The notes below the pieces were generated by a model. It was not told where the DNA came from. It did no database searches and saw only the letters and a program-made list of their open reading frames with translations. Positions 11,206-23,000 of a DNA stretch of 64,000 bases are shown here, piece by piece. Both the position numbers and the translations under genes were made by a program. The DNA lies in the IMG/VR virus record IMGVR_UViG_3300028666_000022, positions 62,001-126,000 of that record. One strand, written 5' to 3'. Position 1 is the first letter of the stretch; each line of letters starts with the position of its first letter.

Positions 11206-12003
11206 ATGAAATTAATTCAGAAATATTTAAAAACCGATGATGAGATTGAATTATTAAGAGAGAGTAATTTATTAGTATCAAAAACACTTGCAGAAATTGC
11301 TAAAAATATAAAAGTTGGCGTTTCTACACTTTATCTTGATAAAATTGCTGAAGAGTTTATTATGGATAATAATGCAATACCTGCTTTTAAAGGATATAAT
11401 GGATTTCCAAATACATTATGTACATCAGTAAATGATGAAATAATTCATGGAATTCCATCTGATTATATTTTGAATGAAGGTGATATAATATCGGTTGATT
11501 GTGGTGTGATATTAAATGGATGGTATGGAGATAGTGCTTATACGTTTCCTGTTGGTAAAATTTCAAAGGAAATACTGCAATTATTGGTATATACTAAAGA
11601 ATCTCTTAAAGAAGGAATAAAAAAAGCAATCATAGGAAATAGAATTGGTGATATTTCTTATGCAGTTCAAACTAAAGTAGAAAGTGGTGGATATAGTGTT
11701 GTAAGAGAAATGGTTGGTCACGGTATTGGAAGAAATCTTCATGAAGAACCTAATATTCCAAATTATGGTAAGCAAGGAACGGGAATAAAACTTGAAAAGG
11801 GACTTGTAATATGTATTGAACCAATGATAAATCTTGGAAAAAGAGAAATGTTGTTAATGAAGGATGGATGGACAATAAAAACTGCTGATGGAAAACCTTC
11901 AGCACATTTCGAAAAAGCAATTGTGATTCACAAAGAAAAAGCAGATATATTAACAAATTTTGATTTTATTGAAAAAATTTTAGATAATAATGAAAATAAT
12001 TAG
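11206..12003 (+). CDS. map: Type I methionine aminopeptidase
   Basis: CTSVNDEIIHGIP, SVDCG, GDSAYT, GHGIG..HEEP, CIEPM, SAHFE. Confidence 0.95.
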   Translation: MKLIQKYLKTDDEIELLRESNLLVSKTLAEIAKNIKVGVSTLYLDKIAEEFIMDNNAIPAFKGYNGFPNTLCTSVNDEIIHGIPSDYILNEGDIISVDCGVILNGWYGDSAYTFPVGKISKEILQLLVYTKESLKEGIKKAIIGNRIGDISYAVQTKVESGGYSVVREMVGHGIGRNLHEEPNIPNYGKQGTGIKLEKGLVICIEPMINLGKREMLLMKDGWTIKTADGKPSAHFEKAIVIHKEKADILTNFDFIEKILDNNENN

Positions 12004-13126
12004 GTCAACTAAATGTAGTTTGAAGTTTTCTACTAAAAAGAAAATAAATGATTTGTCAACTATATTAGCAGAATATGCTAAAGTGGTTAATATTTTCATA
12101 AATTATTTTTGGTTAAATCCTGACAATACAAATAAAAATAAATTATTAAAAGAAATAGTTGATTTACCTTCAGAAACATGGTTGAGTGCAAGATTAAGAA
12201 AAGTGGCAGCAAGAGAAGCGATTGATATGATAAATGCATCTAAATTAAGATGGAAAAATAAAGCAGTAATTCCTGTTCATAAAGGAAATAGGATGTATGT
12301 TAGTTGTACCATTGCTGACTTAGTTCCTACTAAAAACACTAATTATAAAACTGAAGAAAGTCTTAGATTCGATGCTTGGTTGCATATACAATCAATTGGA
12401 AATAAAATGATAATGGATTTACCAATTAAATATCATAAACATTTTAATAAGTATAATAATATAGGTAAAAGATTAAACTCATACATAATAACAAAGAATT
12501 ACGTTCAGTTTAGTTTTGAAATTAATACACAACCTAAGAAAGAAGGTAAGAAATGTATTGGTATAGATACTGGTATTAACGCACTTGCTAGTTTGAATAA
12601 TGGTAATCAATATGGAAAAGATATTAAGGAATGTATTGAAAGAGTAAAAAGATGTCAACAAAAATCAAAAGGATGGTATGTTGCTAAAAGAGCATTAAAA
12701 CAGCGTATTGATGAAGTAGTAAAAGAATTAATGATAAAAGAGAATCCTGATTTAATAGTTGTGGAACGACTAAAGAATATGGGAGTTAAATCAAAAGCCA
12801 AACGTTTATTGGCTAAAAATATTAGACGTTCTATTGGAACATGGAACTGGAAGTATTGGTTAAAAAGGTTAGAAGGATATTGCGAAATTAACCGTGTTAG
12901 TTTTCGTTCGGTATTACCTTATTATACCAGTACAACTTGTCCTGTATGTGGTCATTCTGATAGGGGAAACCGAAATGGAAAGATATTCTTATGTCTTAAA
13001 TGTGAACACAAAGACAATGCTGATATAAATGCAGGAAAGAATATTTTAAATCGGTTTCTTATGGGACTCTACGGTGTCCATTACAAAGAATGTGAAGATG
13101 TACAATTTTGTGCAACTTTAGTTTAA
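11990..13126 (+). CDS. tnpB: RNA-guided endonuclease TnpB
   Basis: GIDTG, VVERL, TSTTCPVC...CLKC zinc ribbon, NADINAGKNI. Confidence 0.9.
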   Translation: MKIIRSTKCSLKFSTKKKINDLSTILAEYAKVVNIFINYFWLNPDNTNKNKLLKEIVDLPSETWLSARLRKVAAREAIDMINASKLRWKNKAVIPVHKGNRMYVSCTIADLVPTKNTNYKTEESLRFDAWLHIQSIGNKMIMDLPIKYHKHFNKYNNIGKRLNSYIITKNYVQFSFEINTQPKKEGKKCIGIDTGINALASLNNGNQYGKDIKECIERVKRCQQKSKGWYVAKRALKQRIDEVVKELMIKENPDLIVVERLKNMGVKSKAKRLLAKNIRRSIGTWNWKYWLKRLEGYCEINRVSFRSVLPYYTSTTCPVCGHSDRGNRNGKIFLCLKCEHKDNADINAGKNILNRFLMGLYGVHYKECEDVQFCATLV

Positions 13127-13522
13127 CGGTCATTCACTTTAAGATAATAAAATGAAAAAGAATAGAATTATACCTTATGTTCCTCCAAAAGATAGATGTG
13201 TAATATCTGAAGGAAATAATAAAAAATTATCATATAAATATATTATGAACGAAAAACACATAATGATTGAAGATACTGGATGCTGGGTATACAAACTACC
13301 TAATTTCATTAGTAAATATTTTGTTAAAACATACACTATTCAAGGTGCTGTTTATGTTAAGAAACATGGAATTGATGAGAAACCCGTATTTTATTCAGAT
13401 ACAATAAAAGGACTAGAAATACTTAAAATTATATCAACTTCTGAAAAAAGAGCAGATAAACTATCGTTTGAATATTACAATAAAAAATATCCACAATATG
13501 GTGAATTTATTAAATTCATAAA

Positions 13523-14275
13523 ATGAATTATATGAACTACAAAATAATCTGTGATGAGCAAAAACTAATTGATTTTATCAATTGGTTACCAGAACTTCAA
13601 AATGGTGAATGTTATTATGTTTGTTTATTTTGTAGATCCAAATATGTTAAGGGTTTACCATTTACGCATATTAAGTCAGATAAACAACAATTAAAAAGAT
13701 TCACTTCAACTAAAGAATTTCTTTTTGAAAAAATTAAACAACTTGAAATTGAAGTGGGTTGTTATTATCAGAAACACACACCAATACCTCAAGAAGCACT
13801 TGCTGTTTACATTAATCCAAATCCTCGTAGTTATGAAAAAGCTGCTAAAGAAGGTCTTAAAAAGCTTGCTGAACTAATAACAAAACCATATAACGGTTAT
13901 AATCCGCATCAGGAATTAATGTCTGAAATTCAAAAAGCTTGTAGTAGAAAAATATTTTTTGATATTGACTTTGATAATGTTGAAATAGAAACAATAAGAA
14001 GAGAAGTATTGGGTTTAATTAATCCAGAATGTTTAAACTTCTTACAAACACGTGGTGGTTTTCATCTACTTATTGAGTTAGAGAAAATCGATAAATTATT
14101 TCAAAAAACTTGGTACAAAAATATTACCAGTCTTGCAGGTGCAGATATTAAAGGAGATATGGTTTTGCCTATACCGGGCACATATCAAGGTGGGTTCGTG
14201 CCTCATTTTTATGAAAAAGAAGAAAATAATATAGTAATTGATTTTGATGTTAATAACTTTTTTAATATAATATGA
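13523..14275 (+). CDS. Putative AEP (primase-polymerase) superfamily protein
   Basis: FFDIDFD (motif I-like) and QTRGGFHLL (motif II-like). Confidence 0.5.
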   Translation: MNYMNYKIICDEQKLIDFINWLPELQNGECYYVCLFCRSKYVKGLPFTHIKSDKQQLKRFTSTKEFLFEKIKQLEIEVGCYYQKHTPIPQEALAVYINPNPRSYEKAAKEGLKKLAELITKPYNGYNPHQELMSEIQKACSRKIFFDIDFDNVEIETIRREVLGLINPECLNFLQTRGGFHLLIELEKIDKLFQKTWYKNITSLAGADIKGDMVLPIPGTYQGGFVPHFYEKEENNIVIDFDVNNFFNII

Positions 14276-15777
14276 TGACATCCGAAGAAATAAAAAAAAT
14301 AATGATTGATGGTGGTTATGAATTACATAGTCATTCTGGTGATGATAAATTATTTACTTTTATAAAACATTTTAATAATAGAGGACAACATGAGCCAGAT
14401 GTTTTAAAATCAACGCATTTTATTTATTGTGAAGTTAATACTTCTAATGAATTTAGATTTACTGCAATTACAAATAGAATGTCATATTTTTTAGATTCTG
14501 GTTGGATGGGTTCTGTTGATAATGATCAACATTTCGTAACTAACGAATGTAATTTTGCTTATTATGCACGACTGATTCAAATTAATAATCCGTTTTAAAA
14601 TATATCATTAAATAAACATACTTTATATATTTTATTATTCACAGCAATTTAAAACTTAAAAAACATGGTAGCAGAGGACAGACTAACAACAGAATTTAAC
14701 TTACCTACACACGAGAATGAAATTTTTAAAGCAGAAGAGGTGCTTGAAAAGATTAGAACCAAATTTTATAAGGTTCAGTTATTAAAGAGTATTGATAATG
14801 AAACACACGAAAAACTGTATGAAGAAGCAATGAGAGTATTATATTATGTTGGCAGTTTATCAATGCCAGCATTTAATATTAGAGAAGAATTAGAAACAAA
14901 ATATACATTATTATACATAAAATCACCACAATTAGGAAAGAAGTTATTTTTAGATGATTATGAAAAGATACATTATAATTATAATATCTTAAAAGCAAGA
15001 TGCTATAGATTGCTCGATGATATTGATAAAGAATTCTTTAAAAGACACAAGAAAAGGCCAAGGAATTGGTAATAAAATATATTATTAGCATCTGTATTAT
15101 CGGATGCTTAAATTTTCTAATAATTTAAAATCATTTAATTATGAGTTATGATATTTACGGAAATAATTTAGCTCGTGGTCATTGCGAGGTTCATCCTTGG
15201 GTTGGTGAAGAATACCCTTGTTCATTATGTTATGAAGAAAACGATAAACATAATAAACAAAATAAGATATATAATCAACAAGAAAAAGATTATTACGATG
15301 CAATGGAACGAGAACATTATGATGAAATAATTAAGAAAAATTATTTTAAATATAGAATATTATGTTTCATTGTATTAATTTTACAGAATTCATTAAATCG
15401 ATTGAAAATCAAATTAGAAATGATTTATCAAAAAGAAAAACGAAAATATTAACATCATGATCCTCAAAAATAATAAAATTTTCGAGTCAATCTCTTCTGA
15501 ATTGGCTCTATTTTTAGTAAATAAAACACGTTATAAGATTTACTACGTTTTTCATTTAAATGATAATCAGCCAATGATTCTACTAACAAAAGAAAACATT
15601 GATAAATATACTGAATTACATGATGATGCTATAAATAGAAGAGTTGCTGACAATGGAATATTTCAATGTTTAGGAGAACTACCAACTTTAGTAATTAAAA
15701 CATTTTCGAATAATAAATATCCGATGCAAATCGAAAGTTTTTATGATGATTATCAGTGGCTTAATTGGTCTGAATAA
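14272..15777 (+). CDS. Hypothetical proteins (14272..14598, 14665..15072, 15141..15452, 15457..15777)
   Basis: ORF track. Confidence 0.6.
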
Positions 15778-16055
15778 TGAATATTAATTTAATTCCAATT
15801 ATATTAAAAGATCTAAGAAAACTATATCTTCTTGATAAGAAAATATTTAATAAGAATGATTACTATTCTTTAGATATTTGGAGAGATGTTTTAGATGAAC
15901 ATTTAAACGACATATTTTATGTTAAATATAATACTCAAATTGTTGGTACAATAATATCTTATGTTCTTGATGTTTATTATATAGATTCAATTGGTATTTT
16001 ATCTGAGTTTAGAAACAAAGGCATTTGTGAACTACCAAATAAATCGGCTTCTTAA
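15777..16055 (+). pseudogene. 3'-truncated RimI-like GNAT acetyltransferase, interrupted at 16027 by the tnpB right end
   Basis: Paralogous to 17454..17897 up to FRNKGIC, then reads into element sequence (ELPNKSAS*). Confidence 0.88.
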
Positions 16056-16150
16056 CTAATGTTAAGAATTTTAAACGTTTCATAGATTGTGCCTATTGTT
16101 ATAGGTCTTATTTTATCTCCACGTCTGTTATCGTTAGTCCCTAACGATTG
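16027..16150 (-). ncRNA. IS200/IS605-type omegaRNA and right end; predicted guide AAATGCCTTTGTTTCTAAAC
   Basis: Ends GGTAGTTCAC; hairpins ATCGTTAG/CTAACGAT, CCTAT/ATAGG and TTCTTAAC/GTTAAGAA; GTGGA/TTCAC pseudoknot. Confidence 0.75.
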
Positions 16151-17354
16151 TAATATTATCTTTGGTATTAATAGTTTGATTTTCATTAATTAAATCATTA
16201 TTAATACCACTCTCTTTTACTTTTCTTCCTTCTTTTAAAATATTTAAGGCTGCATTTAGATCCCTGTCATGTTTCATCCCACATTTAGGACAAATCCACT
16301 CTCTTACCTTAAGAGTCAAGTTCTGGTTAATATACCCACATTCATTACATGCCTTACTTGAAGGATAAAAACGGTTTATTTTAGTGATAGTTTTATCACT
16401 CCAATTAGCTTTATATTCAAGCATGTTAATGAATTTGCCCCATGAGGCATCTGATATTGACTTATTTAATCCTGACTTAGCTGACTGACCATTAGGTAGG
16501 TATTTACCATTATCATCCTGTTTTGGTTTACAAGATTTTAACATACCTTTAATATTCAAGTCTTCTAAATAAATTTGATCATATTTTTTTATTAAATCTG
16601 TACTGATCTTATGTAAATTATCTACACGAGAATTGGTTATCTTCTTATGTATTCTCGCTACCTTTAATCTTTGTTTTTCATATCTATTACTTCCTTTAGT
16701 TTTTCTACTTAAATGTTGCTGTCCCCTTTTTAGCTTTTTCGCATATGTCTTTGTATATTTATTGTTTTTATATTTATAACCATCTGATGTAATAATTAGA
16801 TCCTTAATTCCCAAATCAATACCAACCTCTTTACCAGTTTTAGGTAACTTAACATGAGATGTTTCAACCAAAATAGAAACAAAATATTCATTAGTTGGTG
16901 TTTTAGAAACAGTGCATTGATGTATTTCACCTTTAAATTTTCTGTCAATTATAATTGGTATTCCTTCTTTAAATTTAGGTATATGTAATTTATTTTTTAT
17001 TAACTTTGTAAATTGTGGCACACAAAAACTATTTCTATCATGCTTACTCTTAAATCTTGGAAACCTTGTTCTTCCCTTAAAGAAACCATTATAAGCTCCA
17101 TCTAAACATTTAAGAGATTGTTGCATGGATTGAGAATTAGTTTCATTTAACCAAGTAAAATCATTATTTTGTTTTAGTGTGGTGAGAGATTTACAATTAT
17201 CAACATAACTTAAACCTTGTTTATTTGTTTTGTATTCTTCAATCCTTTCGTTTAAATAATAGTTATAAACAAACCTAATACACCCAAAATGTTTATTTAA
17301 TAAGATCATTTGGTTATTATCAGGTTTTAGTTTATATTTGTAAGCTTTTAACAT
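16134..17354 (-). CDS. tnpB: RNA-guided endonuclease TnpB (IS200/IS605 OrfB type), no adjacent transposase
   Basis: MLKAYKYKL..HFGCIRFVYN, GIDLG, YLEDL, PSSKACNEC...WICPKC, HDRDLNAA. Confidence 0.95.
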   Translation of the reverse strand: MLKAYKYKLKPDNNQMILLNKHFGCIRFVYNYYLNERIEEYKTNKQGLSYVDNCKSLTTLKQNNDFTWLNETNSQSMQQSLKCLDGAYNGFFKGRTRFPRFKSKHDRNSFCVPQFTKLIKNKLHIPKFKEGIPIIIDRKFKGEIHQCTVSKTPTNEYFVSILVETSHVKLPKTGKEVGIDLGIKDLIITSDGYKYKNNKYTKTYAKKLKRGQQHLSRKTKGSNRYEKQRLKVARIHKKITNSRVDNLHKISTDLIKKYDQIYLEDLNIKGMLKSCKPKQDDNGKYLPNGQSAKSGLNKSISDASWGKFINMLEYKANWSDKTITKINRFYPSSKACNECGYINQNLTLKVREWICPKCGMKHDRDLNAALNILKEGRKVKESGINNDLINENQTINTKDNITIVRD

Positions 17355-17453
17355 TTATTCTATTCTGTTACTTTAGAATAAATACTAAAATATTTTAAAA
17401 AAGTCAAGAATGTTTAATTTATTTTAATTATATTTGTAGTAAATGATTATATT

Positions 17454-17897
17454 ATGAACATTAATTTACTTCCAATTACTTCTAAAAATCTCTTTAATGT
17501 AACACTCATTGAAGATCATTTATTTGATGTGAATGAACGTTATGATTTAGAAACATTTAAATCAATATTAATTGATTATCCAAACAATATATTTTTCATT
17601 AAATTAGATAATATAGTTGGTATATTAATATCGTATGTTCTTGATGAGTATTACTATCTTGATTCAATTGGAATATTACCCGAATTTAGAAATAAGGGAA
17701 TGTGCAAACAATTATTTAACGATTATCTTATTCCAGAAGCTAAGAGATTATCTTGTGATGAAATTAGATTACACGTAAATAAAGATAATACTGCAGCAAT
17801 TGGATTATATATGAAATTAGGGTTTGAAACTATTGAAGTAATTGAGAATTATTATGGAGATAATAGAAATGGATATTATATGAAAAAGAAAATATAA
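17454..17897 (+). CDS. RimI-like GNAT N-acetyltransferase (intact copy)
   Basis: PEFRNKG; LHVNKDNTAAIGLYMKLGF..IENYY; preceded by TATATTTG at 17429-17436. Confidence 0.88.
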   Translation: MNINLLPITSKNLFNVTLIEDHLFDVNERYDLETFKSILIDYPNNIFFIKLDNIVGILISYVLDEYYYLDSIGILPEFRNKGMCKQLFNDYLIPEAKRLSCDEIRLHVNKDNTAAIGLYMKLGFETIEVIENYYGDNRNGYYMKKKI

Positions 17898-17915
17898 CCT
17901 TGTGGGGTTATATTT
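17890..17915. terminator. Hairpin between convergent gene blocks
   Basis: aaatataacc / ggttatattt inverted repeat. Confidence 0.65.
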
Positions 17916-17944
17916 ATTAATTATATATCTGCAGGGTTATATTT

Positions 17945-18487
17945 TTATATAATTCTAAATGTTTTGGTTTCCATCTCAGGCCACCAATATTTACCATTAT
18001 TAAAACCTTCGTCTTCGGGAAATTTTTTTAAATAGAAGTTTCTATCTTTTTCAATTAACCTTGCTCTCATAGCTCTGTGAAAATCTTCGTTTCCAAGCCA
18101 AAAAGGTTGTTCAATTAAATTACCATTATCATCTAATCCATCTTCCCAAATCATTAAAATATTGTGATTAGTAAATGCTGGATAAGAATATGCACAAGTA
18201 ATATATTCTAATTTTGTGTTAATTTTATGAAAATCTAAACAATATTTAAGAAAAATATTATAATAATGTTTCAATAAATCATCATAATCCTTCCACATTT
18301 TTACTGCGGGGTGATTTTTATACTTTTGATTAATATAATCCTTTGAATTTTGCCATTCGATTGGAAGATTTTCTGTTCTCAAATTACATAACATTTGCTT
18401 TGCTTCAACAACTTGCTTCCAACATCTTCTTTTATCCAAAGAGACTGCACATTCAGTAAAAAACGGAGAACTAAGAAACGTTTGCAT
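17945..18487 (-). CDS. Pyrimidine-dimer DNA glycosylase-like protein
   Basis: MQTFL...LDKRRCWKQVVEAKQ...NHPAVKMW. Confidence 0.8.
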   Translation of the reverse strand: MQTFLSSPFFTECAVSLDKRRCWKQVVEAKQMLCNLRTENLPIEWQNSKDYINQKYKNHPAVKMWKDYDDLLKHYYNIFLKYCLDFHKINTKLEYITCAYSYPAFTNHNILMIWEDGLDDNGNLIEQPFWLGNEDFHRAMRARLIEKDRNFYLKKFPEDEGFNNGKYWWPEMETKTFRII

Positions 18488-19015
18488 GTTATTTATTTTA
18501 AATTTTGTTTAATTCTGTGCCAAGTTCTATTACTAACTCCAATATATATCGATTGTTCATTTACACTATCAAATAGTAATTCAGCTAATTCAATCTTAAA
18601 TGCATCATCTTTCATTAGACTTAACAACAATTTACTATCGTGCGAAACCTTAATTAGGTTTTTATAATCTAGCTTAGTTAGTTTAGATTTGTTAAGTAAA
18701 TCAAAACCATGTGATTGTTGTAAATCATTGGGTAATACAAATAATGAATTAAGATCCTTATTTACATAAATGTATTTCATGATATTTTATTTTTAAATAA
18801 ATCACAAATATTTCCTTCACCAACCATTTCGCATGATTTTTTATCACAAGTTCCACAATAATCTGGTTCTAATGGATCTTCATATATTAATTCATATGAA
18901 TAAAAATGTATACAATCACAACAATCTGGCTTAATTTCTATTTCTCGAAAATTATTCATAATAAAATATTTAGATCACAAATATAATTAAAATTTAATGA
19001 ATTTACAACAATAAT

Positions 19016-20026
19016 TTAAATTATTTCTTCATACTTAATTTTGGGCATACTACCAGAAAGAATTGCATTGCCACATGTAATTAAACCCAAGTCCTCATCA
19101 TAACTTGGAACAAAAACAATTACATCAAACCCAACTGCTTTTAATTCTGCCTCTGGTTTCTGATATGGGGTGAAGCATTCATAACCACCAGTTGTTTTAA
19201 TATTATTCTCATCACAAGTCTGGGTTTGGTGCATTGGTGTAATCTTCACCATAAACTTATTAGGATTAAATAGTTTAGCCAATCTTTTTGCATTTACTTT
19301 ATATTCATCAGCAAGTGCAAAATTTAGTGCAAATTTTCTTCCTTTAGGATCTGGAAGCATTACTCCAATTTCAGAAATTTCTTCTAATGTTAAAGAATTA
19401 TTACTAAACATTAATTTTCTTTGTTTATTATCGGTAGAATTAATTGAGAACTGTAGACCAGCATCTCCACGATATGTTTCATTTTTGATATCACACCATT
19501 CATTTAAAAATTCCATCAATTTCTTATTTGCTTTAGGTAGCATAGTTGAAATAACTGGATGAATCATTGAATTTCCAATATAAGGCTTAACTATCTTATG
19601 TAATAATTTAGCGTGTTCTAATATTTTAAAATTAAACGTAGGTTCTCCCATCCTTGCATAGTGAAGATTTAATCTCTTAGTGCTTGTTATTTCAGGATGA
19701 AGTTTCAATCCTTCAATCAATTGATTACTTAAATCATTTAATGTTGCATTAACACCTAATCCAACTTTAGGAACATTACAGAATTTACAATTCATTGAAC
19801 AACCATATTGAGTAGAAATAGTAATTACCCATTTTTCACTTAATGACATTATTTCTCCATTAGGAACTCCATTTAATTCTCTTGTTATCCCAAGAAAATC
19901 TGCTTTAATATTAGAATTTTTACCATAATCACCAATAGAAAGAAATTCAATTTTGCCTTTCTCTCCTTCCATTACACAAATATTTCCAGTAGGAACTTTT
20001 ATGTTTCTAAGTATTGTTGATATCAT
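19016..20026 (-). CDS. Radical SAM enzyme, RlmN/Cfr-like
   Basis: ISTQYGCSMNCKFC (CxxxCxxC), MGEP, C-terminal TCG. Confidence 0.8.
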   Translation of the reverse strand: MISTILRNIKVPTGNICVMEGEKGKIEFLSIGDYGKNSNIKADFLGITRELNGVPNGEIMSLSEKWVITISTQYGCSMNCKFCNVPKVGLGVNATLNDLSNQLIEGLKLHPEITSTKRLNLHYARMGEPTFNFKILEHAKLLHKIVKPYIGNSMIHPVISTMLPKANKKLMEFLNEWCDIKNETYRGDAGLQFSINSTDNKQRKLMFSNNSLTLEEISEIGVMLPDPKGRKFALNFALADEYKVNAKRLAKLFNPNKFMVKITPMHQTQTCDENNIKTTGGYECFTPYQKPEAELKAVGFDVIVFVPSYDEDLGLITCGNAILSGSMPKIKYEEII

Positions 20027-20035
20027 TATTTATTT

Positions 20036-23000
20036 TTAATTAATAATTTCATCATTTGGAATAAATATAAATTTCGGTACAAAAATATTCAATTCCATTA
20101 TTCTCACATAAACGGCATTACACATTTCCATTAGTATAAAACCATTATTTTTAGTTAATTCATAACCAGTTCCAACTTGTGTATATTCAACCATTAGTTT
20201 TTTACCTGTTTTATTATCAATAACATAATCTAAAATACCTTTTTTATTGTATTCTAAAATTAATTCACTATCACAATAATTTAAATTTATTTTCATGATT
20301 TACTGTTTTAATTTTTATTATTTAATTCATTTAATTTGTTTTGTGCTTCTTCTAATTTATTTGTCCATTCTTTAATTTCCTTATTTTCTTTATTTTTAAT
20401 AAAATCATTTTTCTTTTTTACTAATTGAGGTGTTAATAATTCATCGCCAACTCCAACTAAATAATATTCATTAAAATAATCAAGAGGTTTTGAATTAATT
20501 CTCTTTTTTGTTATTTCGTTTAGTTCTTCATCTGTTATATCAATTAATAAACCATACTCAGGATCGATATAATTACTATAACCATTCCAACTATCACCAT
20601 CGTTTAATTCATAAGTCCAAATGCTCATTTTACCTTCAAAAATAGAAAAACTCAACGAAAATTTCATACTATTTTTAGCTTTATCTGACACTGTTTGTGG
20701 TAAAAGTGTTCTGTCATTAAAAAACGATATTCTTTTAGCATTTTTAATTTCAGACTTATTAAAAATAAGTTTATTTAAATTTGTTTTTTGAGCTTTAATG
20801 TTTTCTAATTCATATTTTTCTTGATATAATTTTTGATTCAATTCTTTAAGCTCGTTTTCTTTTTCAATAACCTTATCATTAATTTTCTTATATTCGTCAG
20901 AAATTTTTTCAATTGGACAACTAGTAAATATTTCATTAACAACAATATTATTACCACTTGGTTCAATACTTTCATTTCCATCATGATCTTGATAAATCAT
21001 AAGAGTTTCAACAAGATAACCATCTTCACCTAGTTCTTTTTTTAATAAAACTTCCTGTCCGTTTTTTAAAAATACTGTTTTCATATTATTTTTCTTTTAG
21101 TTTAACAATTATAAGAAACTTTAAAAAATTTATCATTTTTCAATTCAAATAATAAATATCCAAAATAAGAATCACCTTCAAGACTAGTGGTAGTTTGCCA
21201 AACATAACAATCATTAATATTTTTCACTTCATTAAAATTTCTTTTAATGTATAAAAGTTTTTCATTATCTCCAACAATTCTACAACATTGATTTGGATAA
21301 CCATTTTGTTTTTCATTAGTTAATTCAATTTCAACAATATCTTCGGGCATCCAATTATCTTGAGTATTATTAAGCCAGTAATATAAACCATTTACATTTA
21401 TTTGCCCTTTAAGTTTTTTTCTATATTCAGAATTTAATTTTTTTTGTTTAATTGCTAATTTTTTAATTTCTTTAGCATACTCATTCCACATTTTATCTTC
21501 TTTTTCATTTAAAAGGAAAAGATTATTTATTTCTTCCATATCTATTAATATTTAATGTTTCAAAAAATTCTTTTCTTGTTTCTTCACCAGAAACTTCACC
21601 ATCCCACATAAAACAATCTCCCCATCCTTCTTGATATATAAATTTCATACATTTTTCAAATATCTCAATAGTAATTGGATGTCCTGCTTTAATTTCTGCA
21701 ATAGTTTCTCTCAAATAAATTAAATTCCCTTTATATTCATTTTGAATCCTTTGACATCGAGGAATATTTTCTTTCATTTAATTTTTCTTTAAAATTATTA
21801 TTTGTTAGTTTATCTTTATGAATCTCTAACCATTCATCATAACTTATTTTACTTAATCTTTCTGCTTCTGGTAATAATTTAATACGTTCTTTTGTGCTTT
21901 TAATCCAAACATCGATATTTAGTTGAAATTTTAAAAATTCTTTTTCAAAAGTAGGTTTAGTTGCCATATTACATAAGATTTATGTGAAATTCGGTTATTT
22001 TTCACATAAATAGTATAGTAAATGTTATGGTTTATTTAATACATATTAAAACAATCACAGTTATTATTAAAATCAAATAAGCAAGTAAAGTTAATATGAT
22101 TTTGCTTTTAGTACACATAATTTTTATTTAACCTTAAACAAATATTCATTAATTAATTTTTTAAATTTTTCAGTACATTCACCACATAAATCTAATGACA
22201 TATTTGGAAATGCATTATGATCATTTTCCGAAACATAACCACCCAATAATTTTATGTTAATTTTAATTTCACTACTATCAAAATAATGATATTTGGGTGA
22301 CTCAAAATCATTTTGTGGTTTTCCACAAAAATCACATGAAATTTTAATTGTTTTCATTTTCTTTCAATAAAATTATGAACAAGACTAAATATTAATGTAG
22401 CATTTTGAAGATTAGGTTCTTTCTTTGCAGAATTAAACTCTTCTTTAGTTACTTGTCCAAATTCAATACTATTTCCATAAAAATAATAGGTATTAGTATC
22501 TTTGTGATATATCCAATAGCCACCACCAATAGTATTGCTTTTAATCCTATCTTTCACTAAATCTTCATGAAATTCAACTTCACCTAATATTAGAATATTG
22601 TCATTAATTACAAACTTTTGTGCCATTACAATAATTTTAGTTAAACAATAGTAAATATATTTCAATTAATTATCAAACCAAAAAACAATACGTACATCAT
22701 CTAGTTCGCCTAATTGATTCAATTCTTCAAGATGTTTAAAAAACGACTCACCTAAGTGTTCTCTATATGTGATCATTTTTCCTTCACCTTCATTTGCTAA
22801 TGCCGCACCATTAAAACAATTTGGTGATTCTTCTCTTGTTATCCTTCTGTCCCAAAGAATTTGATTATAATCAAATTCAATTAATTCACGTAATGTTAAA
22901 TATGAAGCAGAGTGAGCATCTGAATCCCATCTCTCATATTCTTCTTTTATTTCTTCGCAAACATCTTCTGGAATTCCTTTTGACTCAGAAATTGGTTCAC

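Larger units (their letters stand above)
10243..13129 (+). mobile_element. IS607-family element carrying a methionine aminopeptidase between tnpA and tnpB
   Basis: GG at both junctions (cattggggg...gtttaacGGtcattc); TTAACA direct repeats at 10267-10315; gene order small ORF, tnpA, map, tnpB. Confidence 0.75.
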
